In this document: positions 1 to 12,310 of the stretch, piece after piece
Position numbering within the stretch: the first letter of the stretch is position 1
How the letters are laid out: every line of letters starts with the position of its first letter
NCBI RefSeq assembly: GCF_006345805.1
Contig: NC_043011.1
Location: 57,548,464-57,612,463 of the forward strand
DNA: 64,000 nucleotides
Source of the DNA: Octopus sinensis
Taxonomy: Eukaryota
Direction of reading: 5' to 3'
Translations under genes and position numbers: made by a program
The notes under the pieces: model-generated
Told to the model about the DNA's origin: nothing
Databases searched by the model: none
Seen by the model: only the letters and a program-made list of their open reading frames with translations

Positions 1-99
1 AGGGGGTCACACTAATTGAAATTGGGAAAATTATATTACAGTTAGCGAAATCAAAACACTGTAAGTACCAACACGCACAAACACACGCTCGCGAGAACA

Positions 100-236
<137 letters not shown>

Positions 237-1278
237 GGAAATAAAAATTCAAATAGGAAATATGACAAAACGGAAGATTGAAATTAGAAACCGGCCAACG
301 AGCCCATGCAATTTAGATGGAGATGAGGCAAATAAGACACCACAGAGAACTGAAGAAAACATCAGAAAAATAGATTACAGAAGAGTCAGAATAATATTGG
401 AAACTGAACCGGAAGTAGATTTTAGAAATAAAATAACAGGTATAAATAGATTAGCCGTCACAGGAAAGAAAATAACATCAAAGACACTATTAACTTATTC
501 CGTACACTGGAAAAACAGGTTCAGACGCAAAGAGAAAACGACTACAAAATAACAACAGTGTGTATTGGAAGAGAATTACAAGAAAGCAAAGGAAAACAGA
601 TTAATGCAATAAGGAAACGGAGAAAGACAAATGTTTCTTCATATATGAAGTAGAAACAGGAAATTAATATACTTCATAAAAGATTTGGAGACAAAAATTA
701 GTTAAAACAAAAGAAAAAAAGATGAATGAGAATTGAATTGTAAATATAACAAAGAAAACAAGGACTGGGGAAAACATTCCATCTCTAATATCCCGGAAGA
801 ATCTGCAGGAAGGAAGTAAGTCAGAGTGAAAACTAGCAATGACGTAAAAAAAACTCTTGGCTACAAATAATTACAAATGAAAAACAAGAAATAAAATGGA
901 GGTTAACTTCACGTGCAGCCATTGTAAAGAGTACAGTGAAACAATTGACTACAATATTTCCGGAAAACCAGTGGCTGTCGAGTCCACGTATATTTGTAGA
1001 GACGGTCGCGTCGACGGCGACATGCACGGGACAGTATGCTGGAAAATTATTTCATGTGAATACTATAGTATGATTTTAATACCGCCGTGCGATGAATAAC
1101 ATCTAATACAAGGGTCAAAAGTGCTGTCCTCGCAAGGAGTTAACCCTCAACAAGCGTCGACTTCTCACTACGAGCGTTTGTGAAAATATAGCGAAACTAA
1201 TAATGCAACTGGATCAAAGAAGAATAACAAGTGTTACACGTCTACTGTTACACGTATACTATTATACACCTATGTGAA

Positions 1279-1605
1279 GGCGCATGGCTCAGTGGTTAGA
1301 GCTTACGATCGTGAGATTGTGAGCTCGAATCCCGGACCGGGCTGCGTGTTGTGTTCTTGAGCAAGGCACTTTATTTCACGTTGCTCCAGTTCACTCAGCT
1401 GTAGAAATGAGTTGCGACGTCACTGGTGCCAAGCTGTATCGACCTTTGTCTTTCCCTTGGATAACACTGGTGGCGTGGAGAGGGGAGGCTGGTATGCATG
1501 GGCGACTGCTGGTCTTCCATAAACAACCTCGCCCGGACTTGTGTCTTGGAGGGTAACTTTCTAGGTGCAATCCCATGGTCTGTGTCGTGACCGAAGGGGG
1601 TCTCC
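1279..1605 (+). mobile_element. tRNA-derived SINE (family C)
   Basis: A-box TGGCTCAGTGG (1285-1295) and B-box-like GAGCTCGAATCCC (1321-1333). These are followed by the TTGAGCAAGGCACTTTATTTCACGTTGCTCCAG core also seen (reversed) at ~28355-28400, then a distinct 3' body. Confidence 0.85.
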
Positions 1606-1941
1606 GAATTAGACACCTAATGTATTCATTTTTGAAAATTGACGTAGGTGGTCTGGAGAGAAAAGGAGAAAGGATATATTTAAGTATATGGCTACCTATC
1701 AGTATATATATATAACTAGCGATAAAGATGCCGGATAGAGAAACAGCAATTCATAGAGAAAACGCAGTAAAAATATACTAGAAAAATCGACAAACTGAAG
1801 AAAGTAATGGAAGCAGACGAACACAGTTCAGATCCCTGGATACAAAACGACGGAAAACAGAAAGAGAAAACAGACTCTCTCCAAAAAGCCATGCAGTATG
1901 TCTGGTATTATTAAAGAAACGAGTATTATTGAAAATAAACA

Positions 1942-2231
1942 TTTATTTCTTTATTATCCACAGGGGGGTAAACATAGATGAGACAAACAAGGACAGCACT
2001 AGACGAAATACCTATTTATTTACTACCCACAAGGCGCTAAACACAGAGAGGATAGACAAAGGGATTAAGTCGATTATATCGACCCCAGAGTGTAATTGAT
2101 ACTTATTTAATCGACCCCGAAAGGATGAAAGGCAAAGTCGATCTCGGCGGAATTTAAACTCAGAACGTAACGGCAGACGAAATACGGCTACGCATTTCGG
2201 CAGGCGTGCTAACGATTCTGCCAGCTCGCCG
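1942..2231 (-). mobile_element. SINE family A (5' GGCGAGCTGGCAGAA; core GTCGACTTTGCCTTTCATCCTTTCGGGGTCGAT)
   Basis: High similarity to copies at 7971-8200, 30538-30712 and 58742-59221; 3' tail region partly duplicated. Confidence 0.9.
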
Positions 2232-2243
2232 CTCTAATAAATA

Positions 2244-2725
2244 TTGTCGTTATGGGGGAAAACTTATTTCGTGCTGAGGTTATATATTGAGGAAGAGAGA
2301 ATTTTGATGTACTCTTGTTACCCAGAAGTTGTCATGGTAGTCAAAGAAGAAGAAAATTGATTGGTATTGCGTGAGTGTCTGCGTGAACTACGGAGGCAAA
2401 TGTGGTGCGCAAAAGGGAAAAGAGAATGGTGAGCGGCATAAGGCGCTATACTCGTGCGCATAGAACTTGCTTATAAATGTGTGTGTATGTGAGTGTGTGA
2501 GTGTGTGAGTGTGTGTGTGTGAATAAAACCTCGGTGCACAATCTAACAATATAATCCAAGATTTCCAATAAAGCCAACTCTTAACAACAGCAACAACAAC
2601 ATTTCGCCTGAGCTCCTCCCGTAGAGTTTGACTTGTGTATCGGGTGGCAAGAACTCCCCTCCAATCATCTCGGTTCTGTGCACAGTCACCTGCGAAATCG
2701 ATTAAGATTTTTGAAATTGGCGCCC
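2244..2725 (+). mobile_element. candidate LTR followed by tRNA-Lys-type primer-binding site
   Basis: TG start at 2244, TTATAAAT (~2471), AATAAA (2522, 2567), then TGGCGCCC at 2718-2725, complementary to the 3' end of tRNA-Lys for 8 nt only. No terminal CA and no second LTR seen. Confidence 0.3.
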
Positions 2726-3349
2726 CATATCATCTTGTGTGTCTCTCTCTTTGTCACTCTGGTGGTACTCGTTTTATAACTGTATTGAGGATTCATTCTT
2801 CTGGTTGTCGCAAAATATGACCCGTAAGTCTCACCTCTCCTCCCCGCCAGAATTCTTACAATGACCACGCAAAACACAACCATGACAAACTGTATCCACA
2901 TCTAAATCCATTTTGACTTCGGCCTTTATATAAGAATACACTGAAAATGTAGATTATAAAAGAATATACAGAGTTGACAGAGTTAAACATTGAGAACGAA
3001 AATAGACATGACCTTAACAAAATCAATGAAACCAGATTACCGGAAACACCTCCCCATGTTAATAATAGACAAACATCTCCGGAGAATCACGGCCTGCTAC
3101 GACCGGATATACCAAGAGATTCTTTTCACAAAAGCTAACCAAACAACCATGTATTAAACAATCTAATTTACTCTGTCGCTATGGTAACATAAAAGAAAGC
3201 CAGCTTCGACTTTAATGGACTGAATCAAACTTACGCTTTGAAACACGAAAATAGCGGAAAGTCAATATACTATTTATCTTCGACTAGTTTCAGTCACTGG
3301 ACTTTGTTCATGCTCTGGTCATGTTGTGGCCATGTACTCTTTTCTGCTT

Positions 3350-3541
3350 AAGGCACAAGGCCCGACATTTTGGGGGAGGGTCCCAGTCGATTAGTTCGGC
3401 CCAACTACTTAATTTATCGACCCCGAAAGGATGAAAAGTAAAGTCAACCTCGGCGGTATTTGAACTCAGATCGTAAAGACAGACGAAATACCACTAAGCA
3501 TTTCGCCCAGCGTGCTAACGTTTCTGCCAGCTCGCCGCCTT
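3350..3541 (-). mobile_element. SINE family A
   Basis: ATCGACCCCGAAAGGATGAAA...TTCTGCCAGCTCGCCGCC matches the other family A copies. Confidence 0.85.
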
Positions 3542-4732
3542 GAGGGTATTAGGGAAATAATTAGAGAACAGGGCCTATTGTGTTTATAGATTCTGCTACT
3601 TATTCTATCGGTCATCTTTTGCCGAAACGCTTAGTTGCGGAGAATAAGCACTCCACCAAATGTTGGTAGTAAGCAAACACAAAGACACATAGGTATACGG
3701 GTAGCAATTATTTTATGTTCTCTCGACAGTTTAGCCGTTGTACTTCACTTTGACAATGTTTGATATCTTGGCATCCGAAGCAGTTGGAGATACGATAGTT
3801 TGACCAAAAGACCGGCTATTGCATGCAAAAGTAGATATCGAAAAAGAGGCCTTTGGCCAAATTTGGACATACGACAGTTCAGCATAATAGCAACCAGATA
3901 AATGGGTTGTGTGTCTGGGTGTGACTTTGAGTTTATGCATGTCATCATACAGCTTGGTAACCGGTGTTGATTTGTTTACATCCCTGTAACTTAACCAGGC
4001 AGATAGAATAAGTATCAGACTTCAAAAATAGGTACTGGGGCCGATTTGTTCCATGTGCTGATTTTTAAGTTATGCTGCTGGATAGAAAGGGATTAATGAG
4101 TGACAGGTAAAATAGGGCTGACTTTTGAACTGTGTAAGTTTGTAAAACTTTGTTGGGTTTATGTGCATTTCTTCATATAAGCACACTTTTGATGCAAGTG
4201 GACCAGATAGAATTACAGAGGATAAAATAGATTCCCTTGTTCGAAAATTTAAGGATACATATCGTGTCGTATAGCCAGCTGGAGGCGATGTTTCCTGGGG
4301 CTAAATTAGAGCAGCATTCGTTCTAAACCAAGACCGCCATGTTTTGTTGGCAAACAATCTTTACTCCAAAGTATTGTTGCTGAATATCTCCCGTTGTGAG
4401 ATTTAAAAATAGTAAATTTCTAACAAAATAAACAGTTCAAACATGAATTAGAACCAGATCGAGGTATATAGACAAAATCGAATACACATACACAAGGGCT
4501 GTGTGTTGTTAGTTCGTGGGTAGGATGCGGTTTTTAGGCCTTAGAGAATATATTTTTTATGCACCTGGTGTAAAATCAAACACCTGAAGGTAAGTCATAG
4601 TTAAGCGACTGTGGTTTGTCCGTCTCGCTTGACTGTCACTTACTTTGAGGTGTTTGTTTACACCAGGCGCATGCAAAGTAACAAAAAACATACCTTGTGT
4701 GTTCGATTTTGCTTAAAACAAAGTGTGAAAGG

Positions 4733-5082
4733 ATAGATTTTGCAATTCTGTAAAGCAATAGTGTCAATACCAAAGAAATTGAAAAATTTGAGAAATATCG
4801 TGATCTGCCAAGGGAGCTGTGGAAGCTTAACAGAACGGTTATTCCTGTTGCAATTGGTGTACTTGGCGCAACGCCCGAAATGCTGTCTAAAGGCCAGAAG
4901 GATATTCGAAATGAAACTCGTTTGCCGACCTTCGGGAAGCAACATTCGGTTTTGCAAGAATCCTAATAAAATTTCTTTGAGATTTCAGGAGACTTGTTTT
5001 CATCAAATATCAAGATAACATTCCTGCTAACTGAGATGGCATGTGCTATCTTGATGATTATGATGATGATAATAATAATAAT

Positions 5083-5140
<58 letters not shown>
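4733..5140 (+). mobile_element. R4/Dong-clade non-LTR retrotransposon 3' fragment (RLE domain end) with (AAT)n tail
   Basis: Translates IDFAIL*SNSVNTKEIEKFEKYRDLPRELWKLNRTVIPVAIGVLGATP, then after a frameshift LREATFGFARILIKFL*. This fits the R4/Dong C-terminus pattern (D..P...KE.EK..KY..L..E...LW...V.PVVIG.LG ... LQK..LLG.ARIL). Short 3' UTR and (AAT)n follow. Confidence 0.8.
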
Positions 5141-5141
<1 letters not shown>

Positions 5142-5329
5142 TGAGAAATTATTACTATTATTATCATGAAGATGATGATGTTGATAACAATAATAATTAT
5201 AATTACAATAACAAATATTATTGTCATAGATATCATTATTTTCATTTTTATTCATAAGAAATCGTAGAAGCGAAATCATTAATACTATTATCGTTTAAGT
5301 ATATAACTGTCGTTGTGGTGCTTGTATGT

Positions 5330-5703
5330 GTGTACGTGTGTATGTGTGCCTATGTGTGTATGTGTACGTCTGTCAGTATATGTACGTGTATGTATATGTG
5401 TGTATGTTTGTGTATATATGTATATGTGTGTGTGTGTGTGTGTGTTTATAGAGGAAGGAGACAATTATATGTCTATAATTCATAGACTTTGTTAATTTGC
5501 TTGAAATGATTTCTCCTCAATTTATTTAGGACAAGTTCATAGCCATTAAATATATAACAATGCATACATCCACACAATCACAAACACACACACCCACACA
5601 GACACACACACACACACACATTCACAAAACCACACACATGCATATATACATATATAAATCTCTCTCTATATATGCATACATATATATATATATACATATA
5701 TAC

Positions 5704-5748
<45 letters not shown>

Positions 5749-5785
5749 CACACATATATATGTATGAATATGTATATAATGTATG

Positions 5786-5820
<35 letters not shown>

Positions 5821-5872
5821 TTATATATGTATACATACATATATATAGATTTATATAGGTATATATATATAT

Positions 5873-5913
<41 letters not shown>

Positions 5914-5916
5914 CAC

Positions 5917-5951
<35 letters not shown>

Positions 5952-5970
5952 TATGTGTGTGTGTGTGTCT
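5330..5970. repeat. (TG)/(CA)/(TA) compound microsatellite block
   Basis: Direct reading. Confidence 0.95.
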
Positions 5971-6488
5971 TAGACATTTCTGAAGTACTAATTCATTGGC
6001 ATTCATATACTTACATCCCTCGTACAAAATATAATGTGATTTAAATTAACGTATCTTCAGAGAGACACGAATCCTAATCACCCTCTCCAATGGCCGTATT
6101 CCAAAGTTGTGTATGATTTCTAATTTCATAATTTTCTTCCATAATTCACATTAAATACGTCTTATTCGCTAGAATAAATTTATTGAATGCGTCATCTGTA
6201 ATGCCCTCCAATGACACATTGCGCAATTTGACCGGGTTGTCCAGCCAAATATTAATTCCAAATTTCTGCTTTGATTATAGTCATTTTCATTTTATAATAT
6301 AACATAAATAGTGAAAGTTTCGTTACGGAGACGGAAGATATGGGTTGTGTACATGTAACTGTAGAAAAGGGTGAGTGAGGGTACATGTTTATGTGGGGGG
6401 GGTGCTTTTCCACGTTTGACTTTGCTCTATCGCTTTCCTCTTGAAGTGGAGCATATTTCGTAAGTCAGTGGTGCGTCCAGTAATAAAT

Positions 6489-6572
<84 letters not shown>

Positions 6573-6584
6573 ATATTCTTTTCA

Positions 6585-6712
6585 ACCATAGGCACAAGGC
6601 CAGAGAATTGAGGGAGAGGCAGAGTCAGTTACAGCGACCCCGGCACTCAACTCGTACTTATTTTTGTCGACCCCGAAATGATGAAAGGCAAAGAGGCCAA
6701 GTCGACTTCGGG
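6585..6712 (-). mobile_element. SINE family A fragment
   Basis: GTCGACCCCGAAATGATGAAAGGCAAAG core, next to a (CTA)n tract. Confidence 0.7.
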
Positions 6713-6714
6713 CG

Positions 6715-6900
6715 ATGCCATATCTGGACCCCCAACACTACACACCATCCAAACAATAGGAACAGCCTACGCATTATGCAGGGCACAATGAATTCAATAG
6801 CACAACCCAAACAGAACAGTCCACAGGCACCAGACACACTGTGTACAGTAAATATGCAATGAAATAAACAAACCCCTCACCAGAATAGATGCTCAACAGA
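6715..6900 (+). mobile_element. possible degenerate I/Nimb-like LINE RT C-terminal remnant
   Basis: CHIWTPNTT...NSLRI loosely resembles the W.P..S....LQ.IQN.ALRI pattern; heavily decayed. Confidence 0.25.
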
Positions 6901-7203
6901 TCGGAAGCCCAACCGAACAGTACAACACGTATTGCACACACGACACACAGTACAAACATTAACAAAACAAAGGGCTCAAGCAAAACCCCATAACAAAGGT
7001 ACTACAATAAGGGGAAGACTTTGTACTCCATGCACCAAAAGAGAATAAAAAACAAAACAAGAACACAACGCTGCACACACCTTAACAACTCAGAGGTGTA
7101 ACGGGTGATGCAGTAGGAAACTGCGTGGAATTTTCGAAAATCAAATGAGGCAAGATGTGGTAAGAGCAGAAACTGGGGAGAGCGACGGAGTCGGAGACTA
7201 GCA

Positions 7204-7248
<45 letters not shown>

Positions 7249-7361
7249 CACACACACACACACACAACAGTAAAATAACAATAAATTAAAATAACAATAA
7301 AAAGTAAAGATTAAGTAAATTACAAAAATAATATAATGTATATAACAGGTAGAAATATATA

Positions 7362-7758
7362 TCTTTATATATAAAAGAGAAGTTGTGTGTCTGTCTCCTA
7401 CGATTTAGATTCCTAACTACTCCCACATTTTGCGGTGCAGTTTAACCAAAACCGGGTATCTTATAGTCGTGATTCATATCGAGCCCTTCTTGGTATTAGC
7501 GCGCGTCTACGATGAGTCTACGATTTTAAAAATAATTTACCATCATTATTTTCCATTTTAATGCATTTTTTCGCTATTATATAAGGGAAGTAACTCTCTA
7601 AAAATGTCTACGATGAGTCAACGATTTAAAAAAAATTTACCATAATTTTTTTTCCATTTTTAATACATTTTTTGCTATTTTTTTTTGCTATAACTCTCTA
7701 AAATTGCTTTATAGTTATTTCCCTTACAAACCCGAGCAACGCCGGGCGATACTGCTAG
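7362..7758 (+). mobile_element. non-autonomous Helitron
   Basis: Inserted between A (7361) and T (7759). 5' TC(TTTATATATAAAA), 3' hairpin CCCGAGCAACGCCGGG (7731-7746), then CGATACTG-CTAG. Internal ~45-bp duplication at ~7506 and ~7606. Confidence 0.85.
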
Positions 7759-7970
7759 TATATATATATATATATATATATGAGATCGATATTAAAATAC
7801 CAATGTTATCAGGTGTGCAGACTATGGCTATATTATCTAGCGTGTGTCAGCTGAGTAAGGTGGACTAATCACTGATAGAAAGTCGTTGAACATAAGTATC
7901 GTGAATGAAGACTGACCGAGTGGCGAGGGGTCATGGGGGACAACCACAACCTCACCTATTTCCTGTTCCA

Positions 7971-8200
7971 GGCGGCGAGCTGGCAGACACGTTAGCGCGC
8001 CGGGCGAAATGCTTAGGGGTATTTCGTCTGTCGTTACGTTCTGAGTTCAAATACCGCCGAGGTCGACTTTGCCTTTCATCCTTTCGGGGTCGATAAATAA
8101 AGTACCAGTTTCTCACTGGGGGCGATATAATCGACTCAATCCCTTCGTCTGTCCTTGTTTGTCCCCTCTATGTTTAGCCCCTTGTGGGCAGTAAAGAAAT
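7971..8200 (+). mobile_element. SINE family A, near full length
   Basis: GGCGGCGAGCTGGCAGA...GTCGACTTTGCCTTTCATCCTTTCGGGGTCGATAA...GTGGGCAGTAAAGAAAT. Confidence 0.9.
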
Positions 8201-8411
8201 ATATTTCCTGTTCGTTATGAAGAATGGATTGAATTTCGAATGTATTTTTTAAAAACAATAACTGGAAAACCAAAAATTAAAAAATGATAATCTTGAAAGA
8301 CAGAAATAGTAGCGCGTCAAACAAAGTGAGTTGTAGAATTCTTAGTTACGTCACTTTATGTTCTAGATTAACAGACTGCTGGGATTGACTTTGTATTTCC
8401 ACCTCTCCGAG

Positions 8412-8632
8412 ACTCTTTACTCTTTACTCTTTTACTTGTTTCAGTCATTTGACTGCGGCCATGCTGGAGCACCGCCTTTAGTCGAGCAAATCGACCCCGG
8501 GACTTATTCTTTGTAAGCTCAGTACTTATTCTATCGGTCTCTTTTGCCGAACCTCTAAGTTACGGGGACGTAAACACACCAGCATCGGTTGTCAAGCAAT
8601 GCTAGGGGGACAAACACAGACACGCAAACACC

Positions 8633-8725
<93 letters not shown>

Positions 8726-9100
8726 CAATTGAGGATAAAATCTTTAAAAGAAATTATCAGTAACTGAATTCTTTTTTAAAATGATGTGTTTTGGAGTTTT
8801 TGCATTCGGTGTAAAATTTTGTTTATTTCTAGTAGTTTTGACCGCATTGGTCCCTCTTAGCGTGTTGGTATCTACGAATAGTAGTACCCTCAATATAATA
8901 TATATATATATATATTTTATAATTATATTATATACATATATACGACAGGCTTCTTTCAGTTTCCGTCTTCCAAATCCACCCACAAGGCATTGGTCGGCCC
9001 GGGGCTATAGCAGAGGACACTTGCCCAAGATGCCACGCAGTGGGACTGAACCCGGAACCATGTGGTTGGTTAGCAAGCTACTTACCACACAGACAGGTGC
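8412..9100 (-). mobile_element. SINE family B (head GGCGCAGGAGTGGCTGTGTGGTAAG; tail AAACAAGTAAAAGAG), with a ~170-bp insert in its central microsatellite
   Basis: The 3' half (8412-8640) and 5' half (8940-9100) match the uninterrupted copy at 47722-48132; extra sequence at 8723-8894. Confidence 0.9.
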
Positions 9101-9399
9101 ATAATACTTCCAGAAATATTGATTAAATTTATTGTCACCATCCGAGAAAAAACTGACAGGTTTTGCATCCGTTTTAACAGAGATTATCAATGGGGATAAT
9201 CTCTGTTAATGGTACCGAATCCAAAAACATGGTGAGGTGAAGCAACATTTTTCATCAAAAACGTTTCATACTGATTGTGATAGCAGACATTGGATCTTTG
9301 GATCAATTGCAGTCGGTCAGTTTCGTGGAAACATTCATTGTTTATCAAACCATCAATTACATTCGCTTGTGTATAAACTAATTGATGCATGAATGTGTG

Positions 9400-9401
9400 T
9401 G

Positions 9402-9440
<39 letters not shown>

Positions 9441-9668
9441 TATATATTATATATATATATAATATATATATATATATAATATTAAATATATATATGTAAT
9501 ATATATATATATATGTATGTATATAATATAATATATATATATATACCTATACATGTACACACAGCACACATACAAACACACACACACACAACATATATAA
9601 TATATACAACAACACTCATAAAAATATATGCATGAACACATATACACCTATGTAAGTCAATCTGTTGA

Positions 9669-9725
<57 letters not shown>

Positions 9726-9786
9726 TATACATAAGTACTTTTATAATGTATGTACATGTATTACATATGTTAGTATATGATATGCA

Positions 9787-9820
<34 letters not shown>

Positions 9821-10552
9821 TATATAATATATATTATATTATATACATGTATACACATACATATATATATATATATAATACCATACACACACGCCACACG
9901 CACACACCACACACACGCCCACGCACACACATGTATGTGTATAGGCGGAAATCTAGAAGTAGGGGAAAAAGGGAAGTGAAAGGTGAATGCGAAAATGTCA
10001 TGGTGAGTGAGTAGCGAGAAGTTGTCAACGGACCTCTTTGAATAGCCTCTTCGAGATACGAGGCAGAAGTTGAATGAAGAATATTCTTCAAAGGAAGGCC
10101 ATTTCTGAAAATACGCAACACTTTCACCAGGGAGTTATCTATTTCAAAAAGAAGGAATATTTGCCGAGATGAAAAGGACAACGACGAAGTGGCTTTTAGA
10201 TGAGAGGAATCAGAGAAATGCGATAGCAGAGCATATTTATCTTCGAGTGACAGCCAAACGGAATGGTAATTGCTAATTCTTCTTTACTTGGCCTGGAATA
10301 ATGACCGCACACAGACACACACTCTGTATATCGAAATAGATATCCCTGGCAGACTCTCATTCTATGCCTCTAGCTTCTACGTATGCATGTGTGTGTATGT
10401 GTATGTATGTATGATGTATGTATGTATGTATGTATGTATGTATGTATGTATGTATGTATGTATGTATGTATGTATGTATCTGTATCTATTTGTCTATCAC
10501 CCTCTCTGTCTGTCTGTCTGTCTGTCCGTCTCTCTCTCTCTCTCTCGCTCTT

Positions 10553-10591
<39 letters not shown>

Positions 10592-10642
10592 TTATATGTG
10601 TGTGCATGAATGTGCACACGCGTATATATATTTATTTCTATG

Positions 10643-10681
<39 letters not shown>

Positions 10682-10826
10682 ATACATTACATACACTGAG
10701 AAAAAGAGAGAGGAGTGAGTCAGAGAAAGAAGAGAAAGCGTTAGGGAGAGGTGGAAAGCGAGCTAGTATATGCATGTACAATATATAAGTGTATATATGT
10801 AATATGTATTATATATATATATATAG

Positions 10827-10893
<67 letters not shown>

Positions 10894-10900
10894 TTATATA
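9400..10900. repeat. (TA)n, (CA)n, (ATGT)n, (CT)n compound microsatellite blocks with a short unique spacer (~9950-10370)
   Basis: Direct reading. Confidence 0.9.
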
Positions 10901-10979
10901 TTTATAAGCATGTATGCATAAACACACACGCACGCATAATATTCTCTGTTACTCTCTGATGGGTTATGATAATTCCGAT

Positions 10980-11393
10980 TATGATGAGGAGGATGCAAGG
11001 CGACGGAAGATGATAATAATGCCGACAATGGTAATTTGGATTACGTCAACAATCCTGATGACGACGATAACGTCGACGATGGCTGCGATGACGACAACGG
11101 CGATGCTGACGATATATATATAATGATGACGGCGATGGAAGTGATGCTGTTGCTGCTGCTGCTGATGATGATGACGGTAATGGTGATGATGATGATTCTA
11201 TTGTGTATGATAAAGAAGATGCCGTTGCTACTGCTCTTTCGATGATGATGAATATGAATATGATGATGATGATGATGTTTACAGGGACGATCAGACTACG
11301 ATGATGATGATGGTGGTGGTGGTGGTGGTGATGGTGGTGGTGATGGTGATGGAAATAGTGATGATGGTGATGAATATGAATATGATGATGATT

Positions 11394-11434
<41 letters not shown>

Positions 11435-11502
11435 AAAGATGATGATGATGAAGATGATTATTATTATTATGATGATGATGTTGACAGGGACGATCAGACT
11501 CC

Positions 11503-11535
<33 letters not shown>

Positions 11536-12310
11536 TATGATGATGATGAAGATGATGATGGTGATGGTTATGGTTATGGTTATGGATACAGCGATGGGTT
11601 TTTGTGCGAAGGAAGAGGTGTTGGCCAGGCGTGCAGCAGTAATCGCCTAATCACTCAGTCTCTCTGTCTCTGATGGTTTTCATGACAATAACGATTAGAA
11701 ACGGTGGTGAGGGGTGGCGGGGGTGGTGGTGTTAGACGTGAGAGGATTTGGAGGAGGCGTAAGATCAAGAGGAAGAAGAAGAAGTGGACGTCTACGATCC
11801 CCCAGGATAATGAAAGATGGATGACGGTGAGGGGGCGGCAGCTGCTGCTGCTGATGATGATGAATATAATGATGATGGTTATGATGAGTTGGAAGAGAAG
11901 GAGGAGGAGTAGTAGGAGGAGGAATAAAAAAGAGGTGGAAAGAGATCACCAAGACAGCTCCGAAGGAGATGAGAGAATTCGGTAATGCGATGATGATGAT
12001 GATGATGATGACGATGGTGGTGATTGTGGTGATGGTGGTGATGGTGGGGGAAATAGTGATGCTGGCGATGAGGATGATAATGATGATGATGATGGTGATG
12101 ATGATAACGACGGCGATGATGGCGATAGTTGTAATTGTTATGTTTAGCATAATGGTGTTTACAGAGAATTTCGTTAAGAAGGCTCAACGCGTATTTCTTC
12201 TTCCTACTTTGGAATATGGTGGTGGTGGTGGTGGTGGGATCCTGGAGACAGAGGTGGCGGTGAAAATGGTGGTGTCGATGGAAGACGTGGTGGTGGTGGT
12301 AGTTGGGGAG
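10980..12310. repeat. degenerate (ATG)n/(GGT)n trinucleotide field
   Basis: Direct reading; source of the poly-M/D/H/I ORFs. Confidence 0.9.

Noticed and set aside
1279-1340. tRNA genes at SINE heads (also 27471-27535, 28400-28463, 38821-38890)
   Set aside because: Acceptor stems and cloverleaves are incomplete and each continues into a SINE body.
6017-6024. TACGAGGG (minus) as a mariner TIR start, or the adjacent GTAAGT as a donor
   Set aside because: No partner TIR and no open exon frame with an acceptor found.
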